Source: Myxococcales bacterium
GTDB lineage: Bacteria; Myxococcota_A; UBA9042
Assembly (NCBI GenBank): GCA_009692465.1
Contig: SHZD01000002.1
Location: 1,284-65,283 of the forward strand
DNA: 64,000 nucleotides
Direction of reading: 5' to 3'
Program-made: the position numbers and the translations under genes
Notes under the pieces: model-generated
Databases searched by the model: none
Told to the model about the DNA's origin: nothing
What the model saw: the letters and a program-made list of their open reading frames with translations, nothing else
Shown here: positions 49,081-57,462 of the stretch, one piece after another
Numbering within the stretch: the stretch's first letter is position 1
Layout of the letters: each line of letters starts with the position of its first letter

Positions 49081-49998
49081 TTAGAGCGTGGTTCCGGCAG
49101 ATTCTACATTAAGATCAAGAAGTTGAAGTGCGCGATCTGCTTGTGCGCTGCCAAAATGAAAGACGCGCAGCAACTGATACCCGCCGCGCTGACTGACCTC
49201 AGTGGGAACGCGCTCGCCTGGATCGAGAACGATGAACTGCGGCTTGCCCGCATCGTCCGTGACCTCAGTCACAACCGCTGCTAGCCGTCGCGAGCCCCGC
49301 GTGCGCTGCAAGATGGCGATGTCACCGGCCTGGGCATCGTTGTCGGCGCGCAGTTGAGCAAAAGCCCGCAAGAACACTTCCAAATTGGCGCCGTTCCACG
49401 CGCGTTTGCGCTCGTCCAACGTCAGAGCCGGCTTGAATGCCAAACCGTACAGATGGGGATTGCGCGCGCGATGGCGCACGATTGCGCGCCGCAAAGGCAA
49501 CTGTCCGATCATGCCTCGCTCAATCAAGTCCAAGTGATTCCCAGAGTTGGCGCGCAAATCCTCAACACTGTACAGCGTCGGCGCGACCTTGCGCGCCAAA
49601 TGATCGCGGGCGGCCGCGATCAAGGCCTCAGTTAGTGGATCGCGGTCAGCGGCAGACGCCGACTTGAGCCGCGGTGGTTTGATTGCCAGCGCAACCTGCC
49701 CGGTCCTGCGGTGCGCCGCCGAAGCTGCCGTCGCCTCGCCTTCCGTTTGGGCCACAGCCGTTGGCGGCAACACCAGCGCAGCCGACGGCGCACTGCCAGT
49801 GCCATGGTTGGCGGCCAAGTGGGTGCCACTGTGCAAATCGACGCCGATCACGCGCCAGCAGGCATAGGCGACCGCGGCGATCACGGCGCCCACCGCGGCG
49901 ATGCTAATCAAGGCGCGCAACAAGGGGCGCCGACTGCGCCGACCGCCGGTAAGCGCTGGACCTGCTTGATGAAATGCGGATGACTGCGGGTGGGCCAT
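49081..49998 (-). CDS. Membrane-anchored protein resembling a degenerate DUF1287 (YijF-like) domain
   Basis: LIAAAR..., SGNHLDLIERG, NPHLY, NLEVFL, QAGDIAIL parallel the recalled DUF1287 motif order. Confidence 0.55.
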   Translation of the reverse strand: MAHPQSSAFHQAGPALTGGRRSRRPLLRALISIAAVGAVIAAVAYACWRVIGVDLHSGTHLAANHGTGSAPSAALVLPPTAVAQTEGEATAASAAHRRTGQVALAIKPPRLKSASAADRDPLTEALIAAARDHLARKVAPTLYSVEDLRANSGNHLDLIERGMIGQLPLRRAIVRHRARNPHLYGLAFKPALTLDERKRAWNGANLEVFLRAFAQLRADNDAQAGDIAILQRTRGSRRLAAVVTEVTDDAGKPQFIVLDPGERVPTEVSQRGGYQLLRVFHFGSAQADRALQLLDLNVESAGTTL

Positions 49999-50203
49999 GG
50001 CTGCTGGCTGTGCGCAAACCGGCCGCCCTTGCTGAGTGCAAGGAGAGGGTTGCTGCAAAGCGTGGCGCCCACCTACGGCCAGCCGCAAAACCGGTCAATA
50101 GCCTTTGTGCAACTCATTGATCTCGATCGTGTTTGTAAAACAACCTTTGGGATCGCCGATCTAGCTGCAAGCGCAAGCGATCGCCGCGCCTACAAAACTG
50201 GCA

Positions 50204-50224
50204 TTATCCACACCCTTATCCACA
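50204..50224 (+). promoter_or_regulatory. Two perfect tandem DnaA-box consensus sites (TTATCCACA-ccc-TTATCCACA)
   Basis: Read directly; function not shown. Confidence 0.45.
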
Positions 50225-51577
50225 GGCCAGAGCCGAGGCAAACCGGGCGCGCCACTGGGCAAGATCGAGGCGGGCTCGGTCAGCATGGGCCTGTTTTCGT
50301 TGCCCTTTATCGCGTCTCTTGGCCGGGCCGTCCCCCTGTGGTTCGTCCAACGGCGCAAACAGGCCAAAATGCAGGTTCGACGGCTGAAAGTCGGGCACGC
50401 TGGCGTCGATCACGTGCAACATCAGCGCCCCCAGCGCCGTCGACGCCGGCGGTGGTTCCACAGGCAGATCGCGCAGTTGGGCGGCCAATGCCACCGCTAC
50501 CCACCAACCACTCGCGGTCGATTCTACGTAGCCTTCGACCCCGGTGATCTGCCCCGCAAACCGCAGCTTCGGCTGGGTGTGCAGCCGCATGGTGGCGTCA
50601 AGCAAGCGCGGGCTATCCAAAAACGTATTGCGATGCACCGAACCGTAACGCAAAAACTCAGCCTCCTGCAGACCGGGGATCATGCCAAGCACCCGTCGCT
50701 GCTCAGCTTGGCGCATCTTGGTTTGAAAACCGACTAAGTTGAAGGCGGTGCGATGGCGATTTTCGGCGCGCAATTGCACGACGGCATAGGCCCAGCGTCC
50801 GGTTCGCGGATCGTCTAGGCCCGTGGGTTTCATCGGCCCAAACCGCAGCGATTTGGGCCCCGACGCGGCGATGACCTCGATAGGCTGACAACCGGGAAAG
50901 TAGCGGATGCCTTTTTCGAAGTCTTGTAGGGGCAACGACTCGGCAGTCACGATCGCCTCGACAAACGCCGTGTATTGAGCCTTGTCCATCGGGCAGTTCA
51001 AGTAATCGTCGCCGCCGCCCTTGCCCCATCGTGACGCCGCAAACACCTGTTGCATGTCAACCGATTCGGCCGAGACGATCGGCGCTATGGCGTCGTAAAA
51101 TGCCAGCCGCTCTTGACCCGTCAGCGTCACCAACTGCGCGGCCAAAGCGTCCGAGGTCAATGGCCCGGTGGCCACGACGGTAGTGATCGGACGATCAAGT
51201 GCAAGTTCAGTGACTTCACCGGCGACCACCTCAATGCGCGGGTGTTGGCGAATGTGCTGCTCGACCGCCGCGGAAAACAGTTCACGATCAACGGCCAACG
51301 CATCGCCCGCCGGCACTCGGTGCTGGTCGGCCAGCCGAAAAATCAACGAGTCCAATGCGCGCAGTTCTTCGTGCAAAAGACCGATCGCATTCAAAGGGTT
51401 GTCGCTGCGAAACGAGTTGGAGCACACCAGTTCGGCTAGCGTGTCTGCCGTTTGGGCCGCTGTGCGCCGCAGGGGTTTCATTTCGTACAATTGAACCGAA
51501 ATGCCACGCTGAGCCAGCTGCCACGCACATTCGCAACCGGCAAGGCCGCCGCCAACAATCAAAACTTGCGGTTCGAT
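50216..51577 (-). CDS. trmFO: Folate/FAD-dependent tRNA (U54) methyltransferase
   Basis: IVGGGLAGCECAWQ, ELVCSNS, ALAVDR, ATGPLT, FYDAIAP, YLNCP, GFQT, HRNTF, FAGQITGVEGY; start proposed at ATC 51577. Confidence 0.95.
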   Translation of the reverse strand: MEPQVLIVGGGLAGCECAWQLAQRGISVQLYEMKPLRRTAAQTADTLAELVCSNSFRSDNPLNAIGLLHEELRALDSLIFRLADQHRVPAGDALAVDRELFSAAVEQHIRQHPRIEVVAGEVTELALDRPITTVVATGPLTSDALAAQLVTLTGQERLAFYDAIAPIVSAESVDMQQVFAASRWGKGGGDDYLNCPMDKAQYTAFVEAIVTAESLPLQDFEKGIRYFPGCQPIEVIAASGPKSLRFGPMKPTGLDDPRTGRWAYAVVQLRAENRHRTAFNLVGFQTKMRQAEQRRVLGMIPGLQEAEFLRYGSVHRNTFLDSPRLLDATMRLHTQPKLRFAGQITGVEGYVESTASGWWVAVALAAQLRDLPVEPPPASTALGALMLHVIDASVPDFQPSNLHFGLFAPLDEPQGDGPAKRRDKGQRKQAHADRARLDLAQWRARFASALACG

Positions 51578-51658
51578 GGTTCCACTCCCACTGCGTCGCC
51601 AGCCGTGCCGGACGCGATGGCCATGCTATACCGAACTGCGGTGGGCCAACACCAGTGG

Positions 51659-51817
51659 CTAGAGACCCGACCAATTAACGCCGAACCTCAAAGAATTTCC
51701 AAACAAAACGGAGCGGCCTGACGCCAACCCGCAGGCCATTGAATAAGTGCCGCCGGCTCGCGACCCACAAAGCAAGCACTAAGACGCCGAGCAAATCTTA
51801 TTTGATCGGCTCTCTAG
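51659..51817 (-). mobile_element. Element E copy 2 (CTAG-bounded, imperfect TIR CTAGAGA(G/C)CCGA)
   Basis: CTAGAGACCCGACCAA...TTGATCGGCTCTCTAG. Confidence 0.85.
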
Positions 51818-51972
51818 CCTACCGTCGGGCAGGAATCTTGCCGCGACTGCCCGTGTTCTGTCGCCCGCGGTCTTGCGCGGACTCAACGCTAGCCTAAATT
51901 ACGCGCCCTGCGCGCGGTAACCAGTGCCGAGCAGATTGTAGAAACACAGCAAATTAGTTGGAGAATGGCCCG

Positions 51973-54624
51973 ATGGCAAAGAGCAAAGCACCGATTCCGC
52001 CACCGCCCAGCGCTGAGGCGCAGCAGGCTTCCCCACCGCCGCCAGACGCCCCCGCATTGCCGCCCCAAGGGCAAGAAGCTGGGCCGCCATCGACCAATTT
52101 ATTAGCATTAACACTGGCTTTACTTGCCGTTGGCGTCGGCGTCTCCATCTATCTCGTCCGCCACAAATTGCACGTCCTACTCGATCCGGGCTACATGTCG
52201 AGCTGCAATCTGGGCGGCGCGATCAACTGCGACAAGGTCAACATGTCCGGCATGTCCGAGTTGTTCGGCCTGCCGATCAGCTTGTACGCCATCCCCACCT
52301 ATGTGGCCCAAATTTATTTGGTCGCCACCGCCATGCGCGCAGGCAGTGGCGGCGTCGATGCGGCCACCCGCCGCCGCGGGCTGGACATTGCCGCCGGCCT
52401 TGGCTTATTGGCCAGCGTATTTTCACTGTATTTAGCCTTGTATAGCTCGATTCGGGTGGAAGCCTACTGCCTGTATTGCATCTCGCTGTACGTCGTCAAT
52501 TTTGGTTCAACCGCCTTATTGCTGGCTGCCGGATCCAAAACCGTGGGCACGGCGGTGGCCAATTGCCTCAGTCTTCTCAAGAGCTTTGAGCAACCCGTGT
52601 TGACTTCGGTGTTGGTCGCCGGCATCGGCATGGGCTGCGCGTGGCTGGGCTACGACCACACCAAATCGGCGATGGAGCACAGCTACAAGGACTGCCTCGA
52701 CTGCCAAATGGACTCGAACTTGCCCAAGTGCAAGACGATCAAGTGTGGCAACGCCGCCGCTCCGGTCACCGTCGACGCGGCTGCCTCTGCAGCCGCCAGT
52801 GCGGCCGCCGCGAGCCAAGCCGGTGCCCAAACCAACCAAGGAGCCGCGACGGCCGGCATCGCCCCAGTCCAAGCGGGGCAGGCGATCCCAAGCGGTGCCG
52901 CGGCGGTCGGCATGGATGGTTCCGAGTGCGGCAAGACTTACGGCGTGTTGACCAAAGAAGACGGGTGGACGATCTACAATCCGTGCTTTGATGAAGAGGA
53001 CTTGCGCGATACGATTGGCCCCAAAGACGCCAAGGTCACGGTGGTCAAGTACTCCGACTTTGAGTGTCCGTATTGCAAGTACTTAGCGATGACCATGGAA
53101 CCGGTCAAGACCAAGTTTAAGGATAAAGTTCGCTTTATTATGAAGCACTTTCCGATGAATCCGACCTGCAATCGCTATATGCAGGGCTACGACAAGCACC
53201 CCAATGCCTGCAATGCCCACGCCACCGGTCTGTGTGCTGGCCGCCAGAATAAGTTCTGGGAAATGCACGACAAGTTGTACGCCAATCAACCCAGCTTGGA
53301 TCCAGCGGCCAACCGCAAAGCGGCTGAAGAATTGGGCTTGGACATGGCCAAATACGACGCTTGCATTGCAGATCCGTCGATTTGGCAGAAATTCAACAAG
53401 GATATCGATGCTGCGGTACGCGCGGGCATCAACGGTGCGCCGCGAACCTACATCAACGGAATGTTGGTCACCGGCTCGGCAACCACCCAAATTTTGGAAT
53501 ATATGGTCCAAAAGGCGCTGGATGACCCGCGGCCGGCTTGGGTCCGTTTCGAGCAAGACAAGCTCAAGCAAGCCCAATTGGCCCCTAAACCCGACGGCAC
53601 TCACATGATCGCCGCCAAGACGGCCAAAGGCGCGTTCTATATTGATCCCTATGAAGCGTCGATTGCCAAAGATGGGCGCGCGGTCAGCATTGCCGACGTC
53701 GATCCGGCGATGGCTTCGTGGGTCGAAGCCGAGCAAGCGTGCAAGCAGGCCGGCAAGCGCTTGTGCAGCGAAGAGGAGTGGGTGTCGGCCTGTTCGGGCG
53801 TGCCCGCGATCGACAACAACACCAATCAGCAGTTTGCCGACGACGACGTCGAGGGCAATATGTATCCGTATGGCACGTTTTATGAGGCCGGCAACTGCGT
53901 CGATCAAGAGGACAAGTACAAGGGCAAATACGTCAAGACTGGCACTAAGGACAAATGTCGCACCCCGGCAGGTATTTTCGATCTTGCTGGCAACATTGGC
54001 GAATGGACCGGCGCCACCAAAGAAACCGCTGGCTTGATGGGCGGGCACAACAATTCGGGCGAACGGGCGGCGTGCAATCAAGGCTCACGCAGCTTTGGGG
54101 TCGGCAATCGCAATCAGACTACCGGCTTTCGCTGTTGTGCTGATGCCGACGTTGCCCAAAAGAACGTTGCCCCGTCGGACCTCAAGGGTAGCGACACCGA
54201 CTTGGTCGGCAAGCCGGTGCCCGCCTTCACCGGCAAAGACAGCAACGGCATCGTCATTGATTCCGATGGCTTCAAGGGCAAAGTCACGCTCGTTAATTTC
54301 TTTGCTTCGTGGTGCGGACCGTGCAAGAAGGAGTTCCCCGAACTGGTCACCTTGTGGAAAGAGCACAAAAGCAAAGGATTTCAAGTCGTTAGTATTGGCG
54401 TCGACCGCGAAGAGGGGCGCTCGCTGGAATTCGCCAATGGTTTTGAATGTCCGTGGGGCGTCATCGCCGATCCGGAGTCTGAGCTGATGGGTAAATTCAA
54501 CGTCTATTCGATGCCGGCGACCTTCATTGTCGACCGCAAGGGTGTGATTCAGTTCTACGACACTGGCTTTAAGCCCGAAGAGCAACTCCAAAAATTGCGC
54601 GACGCCATCACCAAACAGCTGTAA
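51973..54624 (+). CDS. VKOR - DsbA - FGE/sulfatase-modifying-factor-like - TlpA four-domain fusion
   Basis: VKOR: SCNLGGAINCDKV and CLYC in TM helices; DsbA: YSDFECPYC, HFP, GAP; FGE-like: KRLCSEEEW, YPYG, FDLAGNIGEW, GFRCC; TlpA: NFFASWCGPC, MPATFIVD. Confidence 0.88.
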   Translation: MAKSKAPIPPPPSAEAQQASPPPPDAPALPPQGQEAGPPSTNLLALTLALLAVGVGVSIYLVRHKLHVLLDPGYMSSCNLGGAINCDKVNMSGMSELFGLPISLYAIPTYVAQIYLVATAMRAGSGGVDAATRRRGLDIAAGLGLLASVFSLYLALYSSIRVEAYCLYCISLYVVNFGSTALLLAAGSKTVGTAVANCLSLLKSFEQPVLTSVLVAGIGMGCAWLGYDHTKSAMEHSYKDCLDCQMDSNLPKCKTIKCGNAAAPVTVDAAASAAASAAAASQAGAQTNQGAATAGIAPVQAGQAIPSGAAAVGMDGSECGKTYGVLTKEDGWTIYNPCFDEEDLRDTIGPKDAKVTVVKYSDFECPYCKYLAMTMEPVKTKFKDKVRFIMKHFPMNPTCNRYMQGYDKHPNACNAHATGLCAGRQNKFWEMHDKLYANQPSLDPAANRKAAEELGLDMAKYDACIADPSIWQKFNKDIDAAVRAGINGAPRTYINGMLVTGSATTQILEYMVQKALDDPRPAWVRFEQDKLKQAQLAPKPDGTHMIAAKTAKGAFYIDPYEASIAKDGRAVSIADVDPAMASWVEAEQACKQAGKRLCSEEEWVSACSGVPAIDNNTNQQFADDDVEGNMYPYGTFYEAGNCVDQEDKYKGKYVKTGTKDKCRTPAGIFDLAGNIGEWTGATKETAGLMGGHNNSGERAACNQGSRSFGVGNRNQTTGFRCCADADVAQKNVAPSDLKGSDTDLVGKPVPAFTGKDSNGIVIDSDGFKGKVTLVNFFASWCGPCKKEFPELVTLWKEHKSKGFQVVSIGVDREEGRSLEFANGFECPWGVIADPESELMGKFNVYSMPATFIVDRKGVIQFYDTGFKPEEQLQKLRDAITKQL

Positions 54625-54652
54625 GCGAGCGCAGCAGCCCCCTAATCAGCGC

Positions 54653-55474
54653 GTGCGTCCGCAATCATTGCTCCTCGGCTTGCGGGACCTAGGCAAGCCG
54701 TACTGGCTGCTGATCGCCAATGCGGGGCTGCTCATCGGGTTGGCCTGCGGCTGCAGTCGAGTCGCGGCGCCCTCCCAAGTGGTGGATTGGCGATCGCTGC
54801 GGCCGGGCCTGAGCTACGCGGCTGTTTCGATCGGCATCGACAACGGCGATCACCGCGCCAGTGCCCACGTGGTCCGCTTCGATCCCAGTCGGTACGAGTT
54901 GCAAGTGGTGCTGGCCGCCGAAACTGGCGCTTCGCTCGCGCAGGCTTCTGCCTTTCGCCAAGCTGCCCACGGTCTGGTCGCCTTTAATGGAGGCTATTTT
55001 GATCACCAATGGCGGCCTTTGGGGCTGCTGGTTAGCCGTGGCGCTGAACTGTCGCCGTTGCGCAAAGTCGACCACGGCGTGTTTGCACTGGCGCGGCACG
55101 CGGCACTGGTTCGCCACGCCCGTCAATGGCTTGCCCCGCCCGACCTAGAGTTTGCGCTGGAGTGCGGGCCGCGGTTGCTGATCGGCGGCCAAGCCCCCCA
55201 TTTTCGCTCTGCTGATCGCGCCCGCCGTACTGCACTGGCACTCGATGACCGCGGTCGGGTTGTGGTCGCTGTCACTGAAGGGGTTGTAAGTCTTGCTGAG
55301 TTCGCTAATTGGCTGAGCAAACCAGCCACTGCAGGTGGGGTCGGAGCGACAGAGGCACTCAACCTCGACGGCGGTCCGTCGTCTATGTTGGAGGTGGCGG
55401 TGGACGCTACTTTTGCGCAAGTGTTGGCGCCAACCCCCGTGCCGGTCGGTGTTGCGATTGTCGAGCGCAAGTAG
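54653..55474 (+). CDS. Phosphodiester glycosidase (NAGPA/DUF2233) family lipoprotein
   Basis: FNGGYF, GPRLL, ARRTAL, ALNLDGGPSS. Confidence 0.88.
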   Translation: MRPQSLLLGLRDLGKPYWLLIANAGLLIGLACGCSRVAAPSQVVDWRSLRPGLSYAAVSIGIDNGDHRASAHVVRFDPSRYELQVVLAAETGASLAQASAFRQAAHGLVAFNGGYFDHQWRPLGLLVSRGAELSPLRKVDHGVFALARHAALVRHARQWLAPPDLEFALECGPRLLIGGQAPHFRSADRARRTALALDDRGRVVVAVTEGVVSLAEFANWLSKPATAGGVGATEALNLDGGPSSMLEVAVDATFAQVLAPTPVPVGVAIVERK

Positions 55475-55638
55475 AAGGCCCCTTTGCAACATCGGAGGAT
55501 CACATGTGTTTGATCGACGCTCTCAATTTTGGAATCGGCGGCAATTTGGTGCACACTATCAGGCTGCATTGGCGGCGCCTGCGGCCGCCAGTGCTTTCGG
55601 TCTGCGCGATTTCAGGCCGTATTTTCAAGGACTTTTTG

Positions 55639-57249
55639 ATGCTTTTCGCTCCCCAACGCCCCCTGCTGACGACGACGCGCCGAGCCGCTCGGCTGCTGGC
55701 GTTGCTCGTGCTGTTGCCGGTGACCACCCTTTTGGTCGGCACGCTGCCGGGCAACGGCGTGATCACCAGCGCGTACGCGGCCGACGAAGACAAGCCAGCG
55801 CTGGCCGTCGTCCACTTCGTCAAACGCGGCGACGCCGGCATGTTGAGCGTGCAACGCATCGAAGAATACCTGCGGCAGATGCTCGACGCCGGCGGTGCGG
55901 TCAAGATGTTGCCGGCCAAAGTCGTCGAACTGGGAAAGCCGCTGACGGGACCGGTTCGCCCGGCCGCCGCGGCCAATCTACCGGTGTCGCCTCAGGCCAA
56001 AGCTATTGAAAAAGCAGATAAACTTGTCGCTGCAGCTCGCGATATCGTCGCCGAGGGCGAGGCGCTGGCCGATGGCATCAAGCTTTTGGCGGCGGCTGTG
56101 GAGCGGTATGAGGCCAACTTTGTCGAGTTGGCTGATTTCTCTAAGTTAGTAGATGCGTACGCGCTAAACGCCCAGGCGTTGCTGATGCAAGGCGACACCA
56201 AAGGCGCCGCTGAGTGGGTAGCCCGCGCTTTGGCGATTCAGCCGACTTTTGTGGTCGATGGGCGCAAGCAAAACAAGGACCTCAAGGCCGTAGTGGACAA
56301 ATCCCGCGACGGGTTGGAAGCCAAGCCGCGCACGACCATTGCCGTCGAATCCACCCAACCCGATTCGGAGGTTTACGTCGACGGCGTCAAGATTGGCACC
56401 GCTCCGGCCACCGCCAGCGATCTGCTTGCCGGCGTTCATTTCGTTCAGGTGCGCAAGGCTGGAGCATCGCCGTGGGGCCAACAGCTACTCGCCAAAGGTA
56501 AGCCTTTGCAAACAAAGGCTATACTTCAAATGCAGGTGGCACCAGAAAACGAGATCGCCATCTCAGTGAGCCCAGACGACATCAAGGAGTTTGCCAATAA
56601 GGGCAACTTTGGCGAGAAGATCTTTAAGAATTCTGCTGCGTTGTTCGCTCGGCAAATCGCGGCGACTCACATTTTATTTGGCCTGGTCAACCGGCGCCCT
56701 AGCACCCTAGAACTACACCTTTTCGTGTTTTCCACCAAGACCAAGAAAACCTGCAGCGTTTCGCCGATTGAGTACGCAGCCAATCTCAACAACTTGCAGA
56801 TGCAGACACTGGACGCTGAAGGCAAGGTGCGTATCGCCGTCCTCAACTGCGCCACCGATGTCAGCGGCGTACCCGCCATTTATGCCAACGCTCCCCAGCC
56901 GAAAGATGAACCGGTAGCGCCGGACATCGTGCCGACCCCGCCCGATGCCGAGCCCAAGGCCGATGTCACGGACGACCCCAAACCGGAGCCCAAGCCGGAG
57001 CCGAAACCGCAGCCCAAGCCGGAACCGCGGCGCGCGGATGTGCTCAAGAAAGTTGAAAAAGACGACCCTTACAAGGACTTACTGAAGGATTCCAATGCTG
57101 ACGCCACCGATAAGCCGTTCTATACCACTTGGTGGTTTTGGACAGCCGTCGGCGTGGTGGCCGTCGGTGGTGGCGGTGCGGGCGCCTACGCGGCGACTCG
57201 CGGTGGCAATGTGGTGACCGGGTATGGTGTCAAGGTGACAGTGCCCTAG
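55639..57249 (+). CDS. Secreted PEGA-domain protein
   Basis: Signal ending AYA; VESTQPDSEVYVDG..G.AP....L.AGVHFVQVRK; C-terminal PFYTTWWFW + TM. Confidence 0.85.
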   Translation: MLFAPQRPLLTTTRRAARLLALLVLLPVTTLLVGTLPGNGVITSAYAADEDKPALAVVHFVKRGDAGMLSVQRIEEYLRQMLDAGGAVKMLPAKVVELGKPLTGPVRPAAAANLPVSPQAKAIEKADKLVAAARDIVAEGEALADGIKLLAAAVERYEANFVELADFSKLVDAYALNAQALLMQGDTKGAAEWVARALAIQPTFVVDGRKQNKDLKAVVDKSRDGLEAKPRTTIAVESTQPDSEVYVDGVKIGTAPATASDLLAGVHFVQVRKAGASPWGQQLLAKGKPLQTKAILQMQVAPENEIAISVSPDDIKEFANKGNFGEKIFKNSAALFARQIAATHILFGLVNRRPSTLELHLFVFSTKTKKTCSVSPIEYAANLNNLQMQTLDAEGKVRIAVLNCATDVSGVPAIYANAPQPKDEPVAPDIVPTPPDAEPKADVTDDPKPEPKPEPKPQPKPEPRRADVLKKVEKDDPYKDLLKDSNADATDKPFYTTWWFWTAVGVVAVGGGGAGAYAATRGGNVVTGYGVKVTVP

Positions 57250-57382
57250 AGAGCCGATCAAATTAGATTTGCTCGGCGTCTCCTTGCTTGTTTCGTGGGT
57301 CGCGAGCGTGCGCCCGAGGCTTGCCGCCGCTTCGGTTTTGTTCGGGAATTTATTGAGTGTCGGCGATAGTTGGTCGCGTCTG
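57246..57382 (+). mobile_element. Element E copy 3 (degenerate, shorter)
   Basis: CTAGAGAGCCGATCAAATTAGATTTGCTCGGCGTC matches the left end of E. Confidence 0.75.
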
Positions 57383-57462
57383 CGAAGCGGTCGACCAAGG
57401 CGTACGTAACCGGCGCCAAATTTGGACTGCGTGTGCGTATGATCAGGGGCGGAGTGACACGA

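Noticed and set aside
50090-50224. Replication origin at the paired DnaA boxes
   Set aside because: Only two boxes, no clear AT-rich unwinding element, and no dnaA/dnaN/mnmG context (trmFO is not gidA).
53600-54150. FGE/C-lectin-fold domain as a diversity-generating retroelement target
   Set aside because: No reverse transcriptase and no adenine-variant template repeat were seen, and the domain is internal.
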